NCBI GenBank assembly: GCA_046723845.1
Contig: JBKOVG010000150.1
Coordinates: 5,491-69,490, forward strand
DNA: 64,000 nucleotides
Reading direction: 5' to 3'
DNA from: Candidatus Methylomirabilota bacterium
GTDB lineage: Bacteria > Methylomirabilota > Methylomirabilia > Rokubacteriales > CSP1-6
The first letter of the stretch is position 1; each line of letters begins with the position of its first letter. Shown piece by piece: positions 1 to 8,918 of this stretch. The notes under the pieces are model-generated. The model searched no databases. It had not been told where the DNA came from and saw nothing but the letters and a program-made list of their open reading frames with translations. The position numbers were made by a program, and so were the translations under genes.

Positions 1-2
1 AT

Positions 3-420
3 GGCGCGCCGTCGGCCGCTCCGTCCTACGTCGGCGAGCGGAGCTGGCCCGTCGTCCCCTGGGAGGTCGCGGAGGGCGACCCGCTCCGGCTCACCACGGC
101 CGATCTCGGGGTCGAGCTCACCCGCGATCCCGCGCGGCTCAGCTTCCTCGAGCCGACGGGACAGTGGCTGCTCCGCGAGCCGGAGCACGGCGGCAGGTGG
201 AGCGAGCCCGCGGGTGAGCGCCGTCGCGTGCACGCTGCCTTCGAGTTCTCCGGCGAGCAGCACTTCTACGGCCTGGGCCAGGGCGGGGCCGGCTTCGACC
301 GCTCGGCACGAGCCGCCAGCTCTGGAACTCTCACCTGGGGCACGGCCCCGGCTCGGACATGGGCATCCCCCTCCTCGTCTCCCAGCGCGGCTACGCGCTC
401 TTCTTCTATTCACCAACGCC
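3..420 (+). pseudogene. Glycoside hydrolase family 31 (alpha-glucosidase/alpha-xylosidase) N-terminal fragment. The 5' end lies outside the window. Frameshifted near 290 and truncated where the repeat element begins (~409).
   Basis: Frame 0 translates to ...YVGERSWPVVPWEVAEGDPLRL...EFSGEQHFYGLGQGGAGFDR. After a 1-nt shift it continues LGTSRQLWNSHLGHGPGSDMGIPLLVSQRGYALFFYSP. This matches the GH31 motif series FYGLGE / WNxD / IPF..RGYG (compare E. coli YicI). The remaining ~500 aa of a GH31 enzyme are absent. Confidence 0.45.
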
Positions 421-595
421 GCGAGTGCGACCGGGCGGGTGGCGGTGGAGGGAGGGTGCGCTCAGGCGGAGTGGGACCCCCTCGTCCTGCGCGCAGCCCG
501 CAGGGCTGCGATTCAGGCGAGCGGGTGACGCAGCCTGAGCGCACCCCTCCCCCCGCCGACGGGCCCGCCCGCCTCGCGCTCCGCACGTTCGCGAA
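409..595 (+). repeat. MITE/REP-like intergenic repeat, copy A (forward orientation). It abuts the stop codon of the aminotransferase gene.
   Basis: Aligns over ~185 bp with 29995-30187, including the core ggcggagtgggaccccctcgtcctg...attcaggcgagcgggtgacgcagcc. The terminal cacgaa/ttcgYgaa ends form an imperfect terminal inverted repeat. Confidence 0.7.
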
Positions 596-596
596 G

Positions 597-1817
597 CTAG
601 AGGGATGCCTTGATGGCGATGCGCGCGCCCTCGATCATCTGATCGATCTCGGCCGGCGTCACGTTCAGGGCCGGCATGAAGCGCAGGGTGTCGGGCCGCG
701 GCGCGTTGAGGAGGAGGCCCGTGTTCTCCCAGCCCGGATGCATCTGGAGCTGGTCGCGCGCGTAGGCGACGGCGCGGCCCGCCGCGGGCGCCCCCAGGTC
801 GAGCGCACGCAGGAGCCCGAGGCCGCGCTCCTGCGAGAGGCCCGGCTCCGCCACGAGCGCCTCGAGCTGCTGGCCGAGGTAGGCGCCGGTGGTGGCGACC
901 CCTTCGAGGAAGCCCGGCGCGAGCATCGCCTCCATCACCGCGCAGCCGACTGCGGTCATGAGCGGACTGCCGTTGAAGGTGCCGCCCTGCTCCCCGTGGG
1001 CGAAGACCGACACCTCTTCCTTCGCGCAGAGGGCGGCCAGGGGAACGCCGCCGCCCAGGCCCTTGCCCAGGGTCATGATGTCGGGCGCCTCGTCGTGGCT
1101 CCGCGCGAAGTGCTGGTAGGCGAAGAGCGTGCCCGTGCGCCCCATGCCCGTCTGCACCTCGTCGGCGATGAGCAGGCAGTGGTGACGCCGAGTCAGGGCG
1201 CGGAGCTCGCGGAGGAACGGCAAGCTGGCCGGGAGCACGCCCGCCTCGCCCTGCACGGGCTCGAGCATCACCGCCACCGTCTGGTCGGTGATGAGCGCTT
1301 CCACGGAGGCGATGTCGTTCAGGGTGGCCTTGGGGAAGCCATCCACCTGGGGGGCGAACATGGTGTCCCAGCCCGGCTTGCCGCTCGCCGACATGGTGGC
1401 GAGGGTGCGGCCATGGAAGCCATGATCGAAGGTGATGATCTCGAAGGCGCCATTCTTGACCTTCTGTCCCCACTTGCGGGCGAGCTTGATGGCGCCCTCG
1501 TTGGCCTCGGCGCCTGAGTTGGTGAAGAACACGCGTTGGAAGCTCGAGTGCCGGGTGAGAAGCGAGGCCAGCCGCAGCGACGGCTCGTTGTAGAAAGCAG
1601 GGCTGGGAGTGATGAGCTGTCGCGCCTGCGCGGCGAGCGCTCCCGTGACGGCGGGCGCGCAGTGGCCGAGACACGTGACGGCCCAGCCCTGGACGAAGTC
1701 GAGGTAGCGCTTGCCCGTGTGGTCGGTGAGCCAGGAGCCCTCCCCCTTGACGAAGACGATCTCGGGCCGCTCCGTGATGTCCATGAGGCTGCCGAAGTCG
1801 AACGCGTGCTCAGACAC
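597..1817 (-). CDS. argD: Class-III PLP aminotransferase, most likely acetylornithine aminotransferase
   Basis: Translation contains [39 protein letters not shown]...[20 protein letters not shown]...[10 protein letters not shown], a typical ArgD/class-III aminotransferase. A GTG at 1815-1817 places the start immediately after the upstream GNAT stop. argR lies two genes upstream on the same strand. Confidence 0.7.
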   Translation of the reverse strand: MSEHAFDFGSLMDITERPEIVFVKGEGSWLTDHTGKRYLDFVQGWAVTCLGHCAPAVTGALAAQARQLITPSPAFYNEPSLRLASLLTRHSSFQRVFFTNSGAEANEGAIKLARKWGQKVKNGAFEIITFDHGFHGRTLATMSASGKPGWDTMFAPQVDGFPKATLNDIASVEALITDQTVAVMLEPVQGEAGVLPASLPFLRELRALTRRHHCLLIADEVQTGMGRTGTLFAYQHFARSHDEAPDIMTLGKGLGGGVPLAALCAKEEVSVFAHGEQGGTFNGSPLMTAVGCAVMEAMLAPGFLEGVATTGAYLGQQLEALVAEPGLSQERGLGLLRALDLGAPAAGRAVAYARDQLQMHPGWENTGLLLNAPRPDTLRFMPALNVTPAEIDQMIEGARIAIKASL

Positions 1818-2247
1818 GGTAGGGCTCACGATCCACCACCTCCATGAGGCGCTCCGGGTTGGCCGGGGCGCCGAAGCCGAACTGCCGGTAGAGTCCATGG
1901 GCGTCACGGGTGAAGAGCGTCCAGCGGCGCAGCCCCTGCAGCTCGGGGTGCGACATGATGGCGGCCATCAGGGCCTTCCCCACTCCGTGGCCGCGCGCCG
2001 ATTCGAGGGCGAAGACGTCACAGATGTAGGCGAAGGTGGCGTGGTCGCTGATCACGCGGGCGAAGCCGACCTGGCGGCCGTCCTCGAAGGCGCCGAAGCA
2101 CAGCGAGTGCTCCATGGAACGCGCCACCGTCTCACGGGGCACGCCCTTCGCCCAGTACGACGTGGTGAGGAAGCCGTGGATCAGGTCGAGGTCGAGCCGC
2201 GATCGATCGGTGGTGACGACGATCTCCTTGGCGCCGATCTCGCTCAT
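1810..2247 (-). CDS. GNAT family N-acetyltransferase (145 aa), a candidate short N-acetylglutamate synthase given its position between argR and argD
   Basis: GNAT acetyl-CoA motif region ...[23 protein letters not shown]... Start-stop overlap with argR (ATGA at 2244-2247) and with argD. Confidence 0.65.
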   Translation of the reverse strand: MSEIGAKEIVVTTDRSRLDLDLIHGFLTTSYWAKGVPRETVARSMEHSLCFGAFEDGRQVGFARVISDHATFAYICDVFALESARGHGVGKALMAAIMSHPELQGLRRWTLFTRDAHGLYRQFGFGAPANPERLMEVVDREPYRV

Positions 2248-2741
2248 GCTTCCCGTCCTCCCGCCCGCCCGTCGAGGGCGAGGGCCAAGCGCCGGGCGAG
2301 GGCGCGTGCCGCGCCGTCGCTGGGGGTGGCCACGAACACCGTGTCGTCACCCGCGATGGTGCCCACCACTCCCGCCAGCTCCGCCTCGTCGAGAGCGCGG
2401 GCCACCGGATGCGCGGCGGCGGCCGGCGTCTTCACCACCACCAGCGTCCCCGCCGGTCGCACGGAGAGGGCGGAGCTCCGGAGGGTGCGCCGGAGCTTCT
2501 CCTCGCGGAGGTCGGCGGGAGCGAACCGGGCCACCGGCGCGTCGGGCGCGAGGTAGCCGCGCGGGGTCTTGGCCAGGCCCAGCTCGCGCAGATCGCGAGA
2601 GAGGGTGGGCTGGGCCACCGCGATGCCCCGCTTGCGCAGGAGCTGCTGGAGCTCGCCCTGCGAGCGCACGGCGGACGCCCGCACCAGATCAAGGATGACC
2701 GCCTGTCGCCGCAGGGAGCCGGGGTCGCGGGGTTCATTCAT
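2244..2741 (-). CDS. argR: Arginine repressor ArgR
   Basis: N-terminal winged-helix region QAVILDLVRASAVRSQGELQQLLRKRGIAVAQPTLSRDLRELGL. C-terminal oligomerisation/arginine-binding motif GTIAGDDTVFVATP. Confidence 0.85.
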   Translation of the reverse strand: MNEPRDPGSLRRQAVILDLVRASAVRSQGELQQLLRKRGIAVAQPTLSRDLRELGLAKTPRGYLAPDAPVARFAPADLREEKLRRTLRSSALSVRPAGTLVVVKTPAAAAHPVARALDEAELAGVVGTIAGDDTVFVATPSDGAARALARRLALALDGRAGGREA

Positions 2742-2745
2742 AGTC

Positions 2746-2765
2746 AGTAATAATTATTCATACGG
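2746..2765. promoter_or_regulatory. Putative ARG box (ArgR operator) 5-22 nt upstream of the argR start, in the argR / M20-peptidase divergent region
   Basis: A strongly AT-rich 20-mer in ~70% GC DNA. On the argR sense strand it reads TATGAATAATTATTACTG, matching the TGAAT-wwww-ATTCA ARG-box consensus at 15/18 positions. Confidence 0.4.
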
Positions 2766-2820
2766 GCCATCGTGTCAAGCGGGTTGTGATGGCGCAGGCC
2801 GGGGTGTAGGGTGGGCGCCC

Positions 2821-4254
2821 ATGAGCCCCTCGACCACGAGCCCGCTGCCGCCTCGCGAGACCCTGGCCTTCGTCCAGCGCCGGTGGGAGGAGAACGTCCT
2901 CCCCACCCTCACGCGCTACATCGAGATTCCCGCCAAGTCGCCCTCCTTCGACCGCGAATGGGCAGCCCACGGCCACCTCGATCGCGCGGCCGCCCTCATC
3001 GACGAGTGGGGCCGCCGGCGCCCCATCGAAGGGCTCAAGGTGGAGACGGTGCGCCTGTCCGGACGCACGCCCGTGGTCCTCATGGAGGTGCCCGGCACGG
3101 CGGCGGAGACCATCCTCCTCTACGGCCATTGCGACAAGCAGCCCGAGATGACGGGATGGGCGGAGGGACTGGGCCCGTGGATCCCCGTGCGCCGCGGCGA
3201 CCGCCTCTACGGGCGCGGCGCCCAGGACGATGGCTACGCGGCCTTCTGCGCGCTGACGGCCATCGAGGCGGTGCAGCAGGCGTGGACCCCGCATGCGCGG
3301 CTCGTCGTGCTCATCGAGGCGAGCGAGGAGAGCGGCAGTCCCGACCTGCCCGCCTACATGGAGACATACGCCCGCCGCATCGGTGAGCCGGACCTCGTCA
3401 TCTGCCTCGACTCGGGGTGCGGCAACTACGAGCAGCTCTGGGGTACCACCTCACTGCGCGGGGTGATCAACGGCGTCCTCACCGTGGAGGTGCTGAGCGA
3501 GGGCGTGCACTCGGGGGCGGCCAGCGGCATCGTTCCCTCGAGCTTCCGCATCGCTCGCCAGCTCCTCTCGCGCATCGAGGACGAGCGCACCGGTGTGCTC
3601 GTGCGCGACTTCCACGTCGACGTGCCGCCCGCCCGCGCCGCGGAGGCGCGCGCGGTGGCCAAGGTGCTCATCGGCGAGGCGTCCGAGCGCTTTCCCGTGG
3701 TCCAGGGCATGCGCTATGCGCAGGACGACCCCGCCGCGCTCCTCCTCGCCCAAACCTGGGAGCCCGCGCTCTCCATCACGGGAGCGGCCGGCCTCCCCAC
3801 GCCGGAGGACGGCGGCAACGTGCTCCGGCCCTTCACCTCGCTCAAGCTCTCTCTCCGCATCCCGCCCACCCTGGATGCCGGGCGCGCGGGGCGGCGGCTG
3901 AAGGAGATCCTCGAGAGCGATCCGCCCTACGGGGCCCGCGTGCGCTACGAGACCTCGAGCCCCTCGCCAGGGTGGGACGCGCCGGCGACCGAGCCCTGGC
4001 TCCTCGACGCGATACAGGACGCCTCCGAGCGCCACTTCGGCAAGCCGGCCATGTTCAAGGGCCTCGGCGGCTCGATTCCCTTCATGGCCATGCTGGGCGA
4101 GCGATTCCCGCGGGCGCAGTTCTTCATCACGGGCACGGGGGGGCCGGGCTCCAACGCGCACGGGCCGAACGAGTTCCTGCACGTGCCGTACGCGGAGCGC
4201 CTCACCGCCTGCGTCGCCGACGTGATCGCCGCCCACTACCTGGCGCGACACTAA
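2821..4254 (+). CDS. M20 family metallopeptidase (dipeptidase / ArgE-DapE-CPG2-like)
   Basis: ATG at 2821 (MSPSTTSPL...). Motifs LLYGHCDKQP, GRGAQDDGYA, LIEASEESGS and a C-terminal dimerisation domain. The longer ORF from 2569 is a spurious high-GC extension. Confidence 0.8.
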   Translation: MSPSTTSPLPPRETLAFVQRRWEENVLPTLTRYIEIPAKSPSFDREWAAHGHLDRAAALIDEWGRRRPIEGLKVETVRLSGRTPVVLMEVPGTAAETILLYGHCDKQPEMTGWAEGLGPWIPVRRGDRLYGRGAQDDGYAAFCALTAIEAVQQAWTPHARLVVLIEASEESGSPDLPAYMETYARRIGEPDLVICLDSGCGNYEQLWGTTSLRGVINGVLTVEVLSEGVHSGAASGIVPSSFRIARQLLSRIEDERTGVLVRDFHVDVPPARAAEARAVAKVLIGEASERFPVVQGMRYAQDDPAALLLAQTWEPALSITGAAGLPTPEDGGNVLRPFTSLKLSLRIPPTLDAGRAGRRLKEILESDPPYGARVRYETSSPSPGWDAPATEPWLLDAIQDASERHFGKPAMFKGLGGSIPFMAMLGERFPRAQFFITGTGGPGSNAHGPNEFLHVPYAERLTACVADVIAAHYLARH

Positions 4255-4284
4255 GCGACGGCAGCGAGGCCGGCGCTCGCCTGG

Positions 4285-4458
4285 CCCATTCTCGGAGCGC
4301 GAGGCGGGGCGGGGCCTGTCGTCGGGGGCGGGGGAGCGCTCCAGCTCCGTCACCCGCTCGCCTGACTCGCCGCCCTCCAGGCGGCGCACAGGACGAGGGG
4401 GTCCCACTCCGCCAGAGCGCTCCCCGCCTCCGCCGCCACCCGCCCCGGTCACACGTCC
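4285..4458 (-). repeat. MITE/REP-like repeat, copy B (inverted orientation), sited between the convergent M20-peptidase and DUF1624 genes
   Basis: The reverse complement aligns with copies A and C across the full core (…ggcggagtgggaccccctcgtcctgtgcgccgcc…gcgagcgggtgac…ccccgacgacaggcccc…). It ends 4 nt from the DUF1624 gene stop codon. Confidence 0.7.
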
Positions 4459-4461
4459 GGG

Positions 4462-5496
4462 CTAGGAGAGGCCGACCACAGCGCGGACGCGGGGCTTGAC
4501 GGTGAGCCACGCGCGGCCGATGTAAACGCAGGGGACGACGAGGGCGAGGTTGGCGGTCCAGTAGAGCGTCCAGGAGTGAAGCTGGATCCCCAGCGTGCGG
4601 TGGATCAGCGTCTCCTCGATGAGCTGGTGGATGAAGTAGAGCGGCAAGGCGGTCTGCCCCAGCGTCACCAGCCACGGAAGGTTCCATCCCCGCACCTGCA
4701 TCAGCCAGTAGCAGAGGGCGAGCATGATGGCGACGCCGCCCATGATCAGGAACGTGCTCACCCCCCGCGGCGTCCAGTAGTGATTCAGGCCGAGATCCCG
4801 CCCGAAGCCGAAGCGCGGCGTGGTCGGGATCCACCATTCCCAGGCCGCGTAGGCGAGGAGGAGGACACACCCCGCCGCGGCCACGCCCGTGAAGAACCGC
4901 GCCTCCTCTCGAGCGCCGCGCGCTCGCGCCTCGAGCCACGACCAGCTCGCCACCAGCCCAATGAGGGCGGCGGCGATCCACGGCCACGGTGGGAAGTCGC
5001 CGAAGAGCGACACGCCGAGCCGCGGATGCGCGGCGCACCAGCGCACGAGCGCGTCATGGAGCCACGAGAAGGAGAGATAGAAGAGGACGGCCGCGGCCAG
5101 GAACGCGCCGCGGATCCACCGACGTCGCAGCAGCGGCACGAGCAGCCCCAGCACGATGATGCTGAGCCCGATGGTCTGGAGCACGCCCCCGTGCCACACG
5201 CGCTCCTCGGGGGGCACCGGTCCCCGGGGCAGCATGATCACGTTGAGCGCGTAGCCCGCGGCGATGATGCCGATGCCTCGCCGGCCATACTTGGCGAGCT
5301 CGCCGAGGAAGCCCTCGGTGCGGCCATGCGCGTGGAAGGAGATGGGCAGGCAGAAGCCGACGAGGAAGAGGAACATGGCCGCGGGGAGGAGGAGGCTGCC
5401 GTAGACGAGATGGTAGCGCGTCCAGCCCAGGCTCACGCCGATCCAGTCGCGCGAGGTGTGGTTGATCACCATCAGGATGAGGGCAACGCCGCGCAT
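4462..5496 (-). CDS. DUF1624 / heparan-alpha-glucosaminide N-acetyltransferase-like integral membrane acyltransferase
   Basis: Multi-TM protein beginning ...RLRFIDGMRGVALILMVINH. The first in-frame ATG is at 5494-5496, but conserved family residues (RLRFID) lie upstream of it, so the true start is uncertain. Confidence 0.6.
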   Translation of the reverse strand: MRGVALILMVINHTSRDWIGVSLGWTRYHLVYGSLLLPAAMFLFLVGFCLPISFHAHGRTEGFLGELAKYGRRGIGIIAAGYALNVIMLPRGPVPPEERVWHGGVLQTIGLSIIVLGLLVPLLRRRWIRGAFLAAAVLFYLSFSWLHDALVRWCAAHPRLGVSLFGDFPPWPWIAAALIGLVASWSWLEARARGAREEARFFTGVAAAGCVLLLAYAAWEWWIPTTPRFGFGRDLGLNHYWTPRGVSTFLIMGGVAIMLALCYWLMQVRGWNLPWLVTLGQTALPLYFIHQLIEETLIHRTLGIQLHSWTLYWTANLALVVPCVYIGRAWLTVKPRVRAVVGLS

Positions 5497-5570
5497 GCCG
5501 TCGATGAAGCGGAGCCGTCCCCCGGTGGGCGCCGCTGACGGGAGCGGGCGCGTCGCCGCACTCGCCGTCT

Positions 5571-5984
5571 CTACTGTATGGTTCCCCGTTCCTCGATGAA
5601 GCTGTACGACCACACCGTCACCTTGTAGTGATCGGCGGCGGCCATGCGCACGAACTCGAAGTAGGTCGTGGTGAAGCCGGGCACACCGCCGGGCACGCGC
5701 TGCACCCGCTGATCCACGAGCTTGTCGGCGCTGTCGAGAGCCTGGCCGAGGAGGGTGAAGGGCTCCGCGTACTGCCCCCAGCGGCTGGTGACCCGGCCAT
5801 AGACCACGCGCGAGCCGTCCCCCGCCGCCTGCGCGTTCCACTCGACGGAGAACTTGGACTCCCAGCCCGGCATGAGGGTGGTGAAGGCCGTGTTGGGCGC
5901 GACCTGGTCCACCCCCGCACACGCCGTGACCATCACCGCGACGACTCCGAGGCGGGCCAGGTGGAGGAGCCCGGGCGCGCGCAT
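5571..5984 (-). CDS. Lipoprotein of unknown function
   Basis: Signal peptide with lipobox VAVMVTAC. Non-repetitive sequence, and co-directional with its neighbours. Confidence 0.5.
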   Translation of the reverse strand: MRAPGLLHLARLGVVAVMVTACAGVDQVAPNTAFTTLMPGWESKFSVEWNAQAAGDGSRVVYGRVTSRWGQYAEPFTLLGQALDSADKLVDQRVQRVPGGVPGFTTTYFEFVRMAAADHYKVTVWSYSFIEERGTIQ

Positions 5985-5995
5985 GCGCTGACCGC

Positions 5996-7096
5996 CTACT
6001 GGGAGCGGCCGCGGCCCGCGATGTCCCAGATCGCTTCCACCTGCGGACCGCGCAACACGTAGATGCGATCGTAGAGATTAATGGTGGGATCGCAGTGCGG
6101 CGGGAAGAACTCGATGAGCTGGCCGAGGGCGGGCAGCCGTCCCGCCTCCGACACGGTGAGGCGCCCGTGCTCGTCGCCCGCCCAGGAGTAGGAGACGCCG
6201 GGGCACTCGAGCGGCTCGGGCACGAGCGGCTTGTCCGTGGAGAAGGCCTTGAGGCCGCCGTCGACCATGGCCATCTCCTTGCTCGGCACGCTGATGACGG
6301 TGGTGAGCACGGTGAGGGCCATCTCGAAGTCGTCGTAATCGCCGCCGCCCTTGCCCCCGATCCGACGGTAGTCGAGGTCCATCACGCAGTACGAGCCGCT
6401 CTGGAGCTCGGTGAGGCCCTTGAGCTCGGAGTCGATGTTGAAGGTGCCGGAGGAGCCGCCGCTCACGATCTCCACGGGGAGGCTGTTCTTCTCGAAGAGG
6501 TCCCGCGTCTTCATGAGGCGGTTCATCCACCGGTTCGAGGTGCGGCGCCGGTTGGCGTAGCCCGGCACGTGCGCGCAGTGCCCCGCGTAGCCCTGCAGGC
6601 CGCGCAGGTTGAGCGCACTCTCCAGCATGACCATGCGAGCGAGATGCACGGCAGGCTCGCCGGGCTGAGTCCCCGTGCGGCGCCCGCCCACGTCCACGTC
6701 GACGAGCACGTTGAGCACCTTGCCCGCGGCGGCCATGGCCTGCCCCAGCTCGCGCACGTTGTCCACGTTGTCCACCACTGCGAGGGTCTCCGGGGCCTGC
6801 TCGAGCACGCCGAGGAGACGGTGGATCTTCTCCGGCCCCACCACTTCCGTGGTGATGAGGATGTTGCGGATGCCCGCCGCCGCCATCACCTCGGCCTCCC
6901 CGACCTTGGCGCAGCAGATACCCACTGATCCCGCCGCGATCTGGCGTCGGGCGATCTCCGGGCACTTGTGGGTCTTGGAGTGAGGGCGGAGCTTCTTGCC
7001 GGCCGCCTTCACGTGGGCGGCCATTTTGGCGATGTTGCGCTCGAAGCGCTCGAGGTCGAGGAGGAGCGCGGGGGTGGGAATCTCGTTTCGCGTCAT
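5996..7096 (-). CDS. DSD1 family PLP-dependent enzyme (alanine-racemase-fold D-serine dehydratase / D-threonine aldolase-like)
   Basis: ATG at 7094-7096 (MTRNEIPTPALLLDLERFERNIAKMAAHVKAAGKKLRPHSKTHKCPEIA), with the PLP-lysine motif HSKTHK. The upstream in-frame extension is spurious. Confidence 0.75.
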   Translation of the reverse strand: MTRNEIPTPALLLDLERFERNIAKMAAHVKAAGKKLRPHSKTHKCPEIARRQIAAGSVGICCAKVGEAEVMAAAGIRNILITTEVVGPEKIHRLLGVLEQAPETLAVVDNVDNVRELGQAMAAAGKVLNVLVDVDVGGRRTGTQPGEPAVHLARMVMLESALNLRGLQGYAGHCAHVPGYANRRRTSNRWMNRLMKTRDLFEKNSLPVEIVSGGSSGTFNIDSELKGLTELQSGSYCVMDLDYRRIGGKGGGDYDDFEMALTVLTTVISVPSKEMAMVDGGLKAFSTDKPLVPEPLECPGVSYSWAGDEHGRLTVSEAGRLPALGQLIEFFPPHCDPTINLYDRIYVLRGPQVEAIWDIAGRGRSQ

Positions 7097-7424
7097 GGCG
7101 TGGCGAGCATACCACGGCTCGTTGCATGGGAGTCGCCAGAAGTGAGGCAACGTACTGATTTGACGGTGGTTCATCTCCCCTGGTGTGGCTGGGTGCTACG
7201 GGAATCTGCACGTTTCCGTGCTACGGGCGTGGCGTGTCAAGCGTGGAGCAGGGCGAGCATGTGCGTTTCGGGGCATGGAGATCGGCCCGTCCTGCCCCTG
7301 TGGATCGACTTCTGCCGGCACCTGCCAACTACGTGAGACGCAGGATTTCAGGCGCGGGGCTTGCAGCCCTACCTCTCATATGGGCACGGAGAACCAAAAA
7401 TGGACATCGAGCGTCACTCACGGT

Positions 7425-7801
7425 GGCAAGAACTGGGACACCAAGTCGGGGCACCCTCGCACGGTGCCGCTGACGCAGCGGGTGGGCGGAAGCGCCCCTT
7501 CACCGGGCTGCGCTACCGGGACGTGCGGAAGATCTGGTACCAGGCCTGAGACCACCTTGGCTTCGCCGACGACCCGCAGTGGGTCATCCACATGCTGCGC
7601 CACACCTGCCCCTCGCGCCTCGTACAGGGTGGCGCAGAGATCCAGTACGTCATGAAGTGGCTCGGCCACGCGACCATCAGCATCACGATGCGGTACGCGC
7701 ACCTAGCACCAAAGAGCCTCGACAAGCTCACGGCGATCCTCGACCAGCAGCCCGAGGAGAAGCCGCGCACGCTGGCCGTGGTCAAGGAGCAGAAGGGATG
7801 A
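7425..7801 (+). pseudogene. Tyrosine recombinase (phage integrase) C-terminal remnant with frameshifts and an internal stop. It marks the left end of a degraded integrative element.
   Basis: Three frames together give KSGHPRTVPLTQRV / FTGLRYRDVRKIWYQA* / HMLRHTCPSRLVQGGAEIQYVMKWLGHATISITMRYAHL. These are the catalytic box I, box II (HxLRHT) and LGH..TxxYxH tyrosine motifs of a tyrosine recombinase. No intact N-terminal domain is present. Confidence 0.7.
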
Positions 7802-7883
7802 GCGACACCCGAGTGTGGAAAGCCGCCCCGCCGTGCCCGCCTCTGACATCAGAGCGGGTGCTGGCGTGGCTGAGGAGTAAGTG

Positions 7884-8045
7884 ATGTTCTGGACCCGCAA
7901 GACGAGGGCAGACGGGCACTGCTACGCCTGCGCCGCCGAGGGGACGTGCGACTGCCGTGTCTGCGAGGAGAAGCGCGTCCTCGCCGCTCCGATTGTGGCG
8001 CAGGATGTGGCGCAGGCGCCACCAAGTAGCGCCACCGATCGCTAA
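7884..8045 (+). CDS. Small Cys-rich protein (53 aa), zinc-ribbon-like, in the integrative island
   Basis: ATG preceded by GAGGAG at a 5-nt spacing. Translation MFWTRKTRADGHCYACAAEGTCDCRVCEEKRVLAAPIVAQDVAQAPPSSATDR contains CxxC...CxCxxC. It falls below the 60-aa ORF-track cutoff. Confidence 0.35.
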   Translation: MFWTRKTRADGHCYACAAEGTCDCRVCEEKRVLAAPIVAQDVAQAPPSSATDR

Positions 8046-8196
8046 GATTCAACTACTTGCAGCACCGGAAGTCAGTGGAAGTGAAGTGGCATTCAAGATC
8101 CTCTCGCTGACACGATAGTCTCCCAGAACCGCGCCCTATCTGGTGAATCTGCCGGTGTGGGTGCGGTAGCGAGACCATCGTGTCACGGTATGTCAG

Positions 8197-8637
8197 TTGC
8201 CCCACTGCGCCGACGATCCTCCGTTCTGCTGGCCCGCCGTCCCTTGCGAAGGCCACGAACATCTCCCAGCCCGCCAGCTTCACGTAGCCATGCGTCCGCA
8301 CGATCTCCACCACGACTCCACCACCGATGCTCTTTGGAATCCAGATCAAGGCGGGGCGTTCTGTGGGAAGTGCGCGCTGCCCGCACCGTGGCTCTCGCGT
8401 GACACCCTCATGGACTGGCTCACGCATCAGGTGCAGGCCGACGAGAGCGTGTCCGATGTGAACCGGGTTGAACTCCGGGCGATCTTGGAGCGGCTCAAGG
8501 CGATGGACCCGGAGGACACGAAGGCTGTCTCAGCATGGCAGCGGTTTCAGGTACTCGCGCCGAAGGTGTGGGACGCCACGAAGCCGGTGCGCGATGCGCT
8601 GATCGGTGAAGCGGTGAGGTACGCGCTGGGCCTCTGA
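8197..8637 (+). CDS. Hypothetical protein (island cargo). Alternative start at 8410 (MDWLTHQ...).
   Basis: The C-terminal half (MDWLTHQVQADESVSDVNRVELRAILERLKAMDPEDTKAVSAWQRF...) has very high GC3. The N-terminal half has CPHC...CGKC spacing. An overlapping antisense ORF (8053-8427) cannot be excluded. Confidence 0.35.
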   Translation: MPHCADDPPFCWPAVPCEGHEHLPARQLHVAMRPHDLHHDSTTDALWNPDQGGAFCGKCALPAPWLSRDTLMDWLTHQVQADESVSDVNRVELRAILERLKAMDPEDTKAVSAWQRFQVLAPKVWDATKPVRDALIGEAVRYALGL

Positions 8638-8918
8638 CAGCCCCACTAGATCGACTACACCACTAGACGGAACCGCCCACCCGTCGTCTTGATGGTCACT
8701 ATCGTTCTCCTCTCAGCTTCTCGAAGATGGACTTCATGTGGGACCACCCTACGACCAGACGTCAGACCTCCAGCGATGCGTGCGGTAGCGCGATGATCGT
8801 GCTGGCGAACACGAGCGCATCGGTGGTGACTTGCGAGGGAGATCCTTCCGCGCTATCGGTTCTGCTTTCCTTCTTGACGAGGCAGCACGAAGTTCTCAGG
8901 GTGTGCTAGGCTCTCGCC

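Noticed and set aside
406-1907. Overlapping 422-aa and 429-aa ORFs on both strands around the argD gene
   Set aside because: Both are alternative-frame or antisense artefacts of the aminotransferase gene. Their conserved-looking ends (PAGCAQDEGVPLR, SGERVTQPER) are translations of the MITE-like repeat, not protein homology.
7100-7420. Possible tRNA gene as the integration target next to the integrase remnant
   Set aside because: No convincing cloverleaf by eye; GGTTCATCTCC at about 7166 lacks a matching T-stem partner and a CCA-proximal acceptor stem. A tRNAscan run would be needed.
8053-8427. 124-aa minus-strand ORF overlapping the 8197-8637 plus-strand call
   Set aside because: The plus-strand frame has higher GC3, especially from 8410 onward, and ends in a plausible globular C-terminus. 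The minus-strand ORF could still be real, because island GC is too low for codon bias to be decisive.
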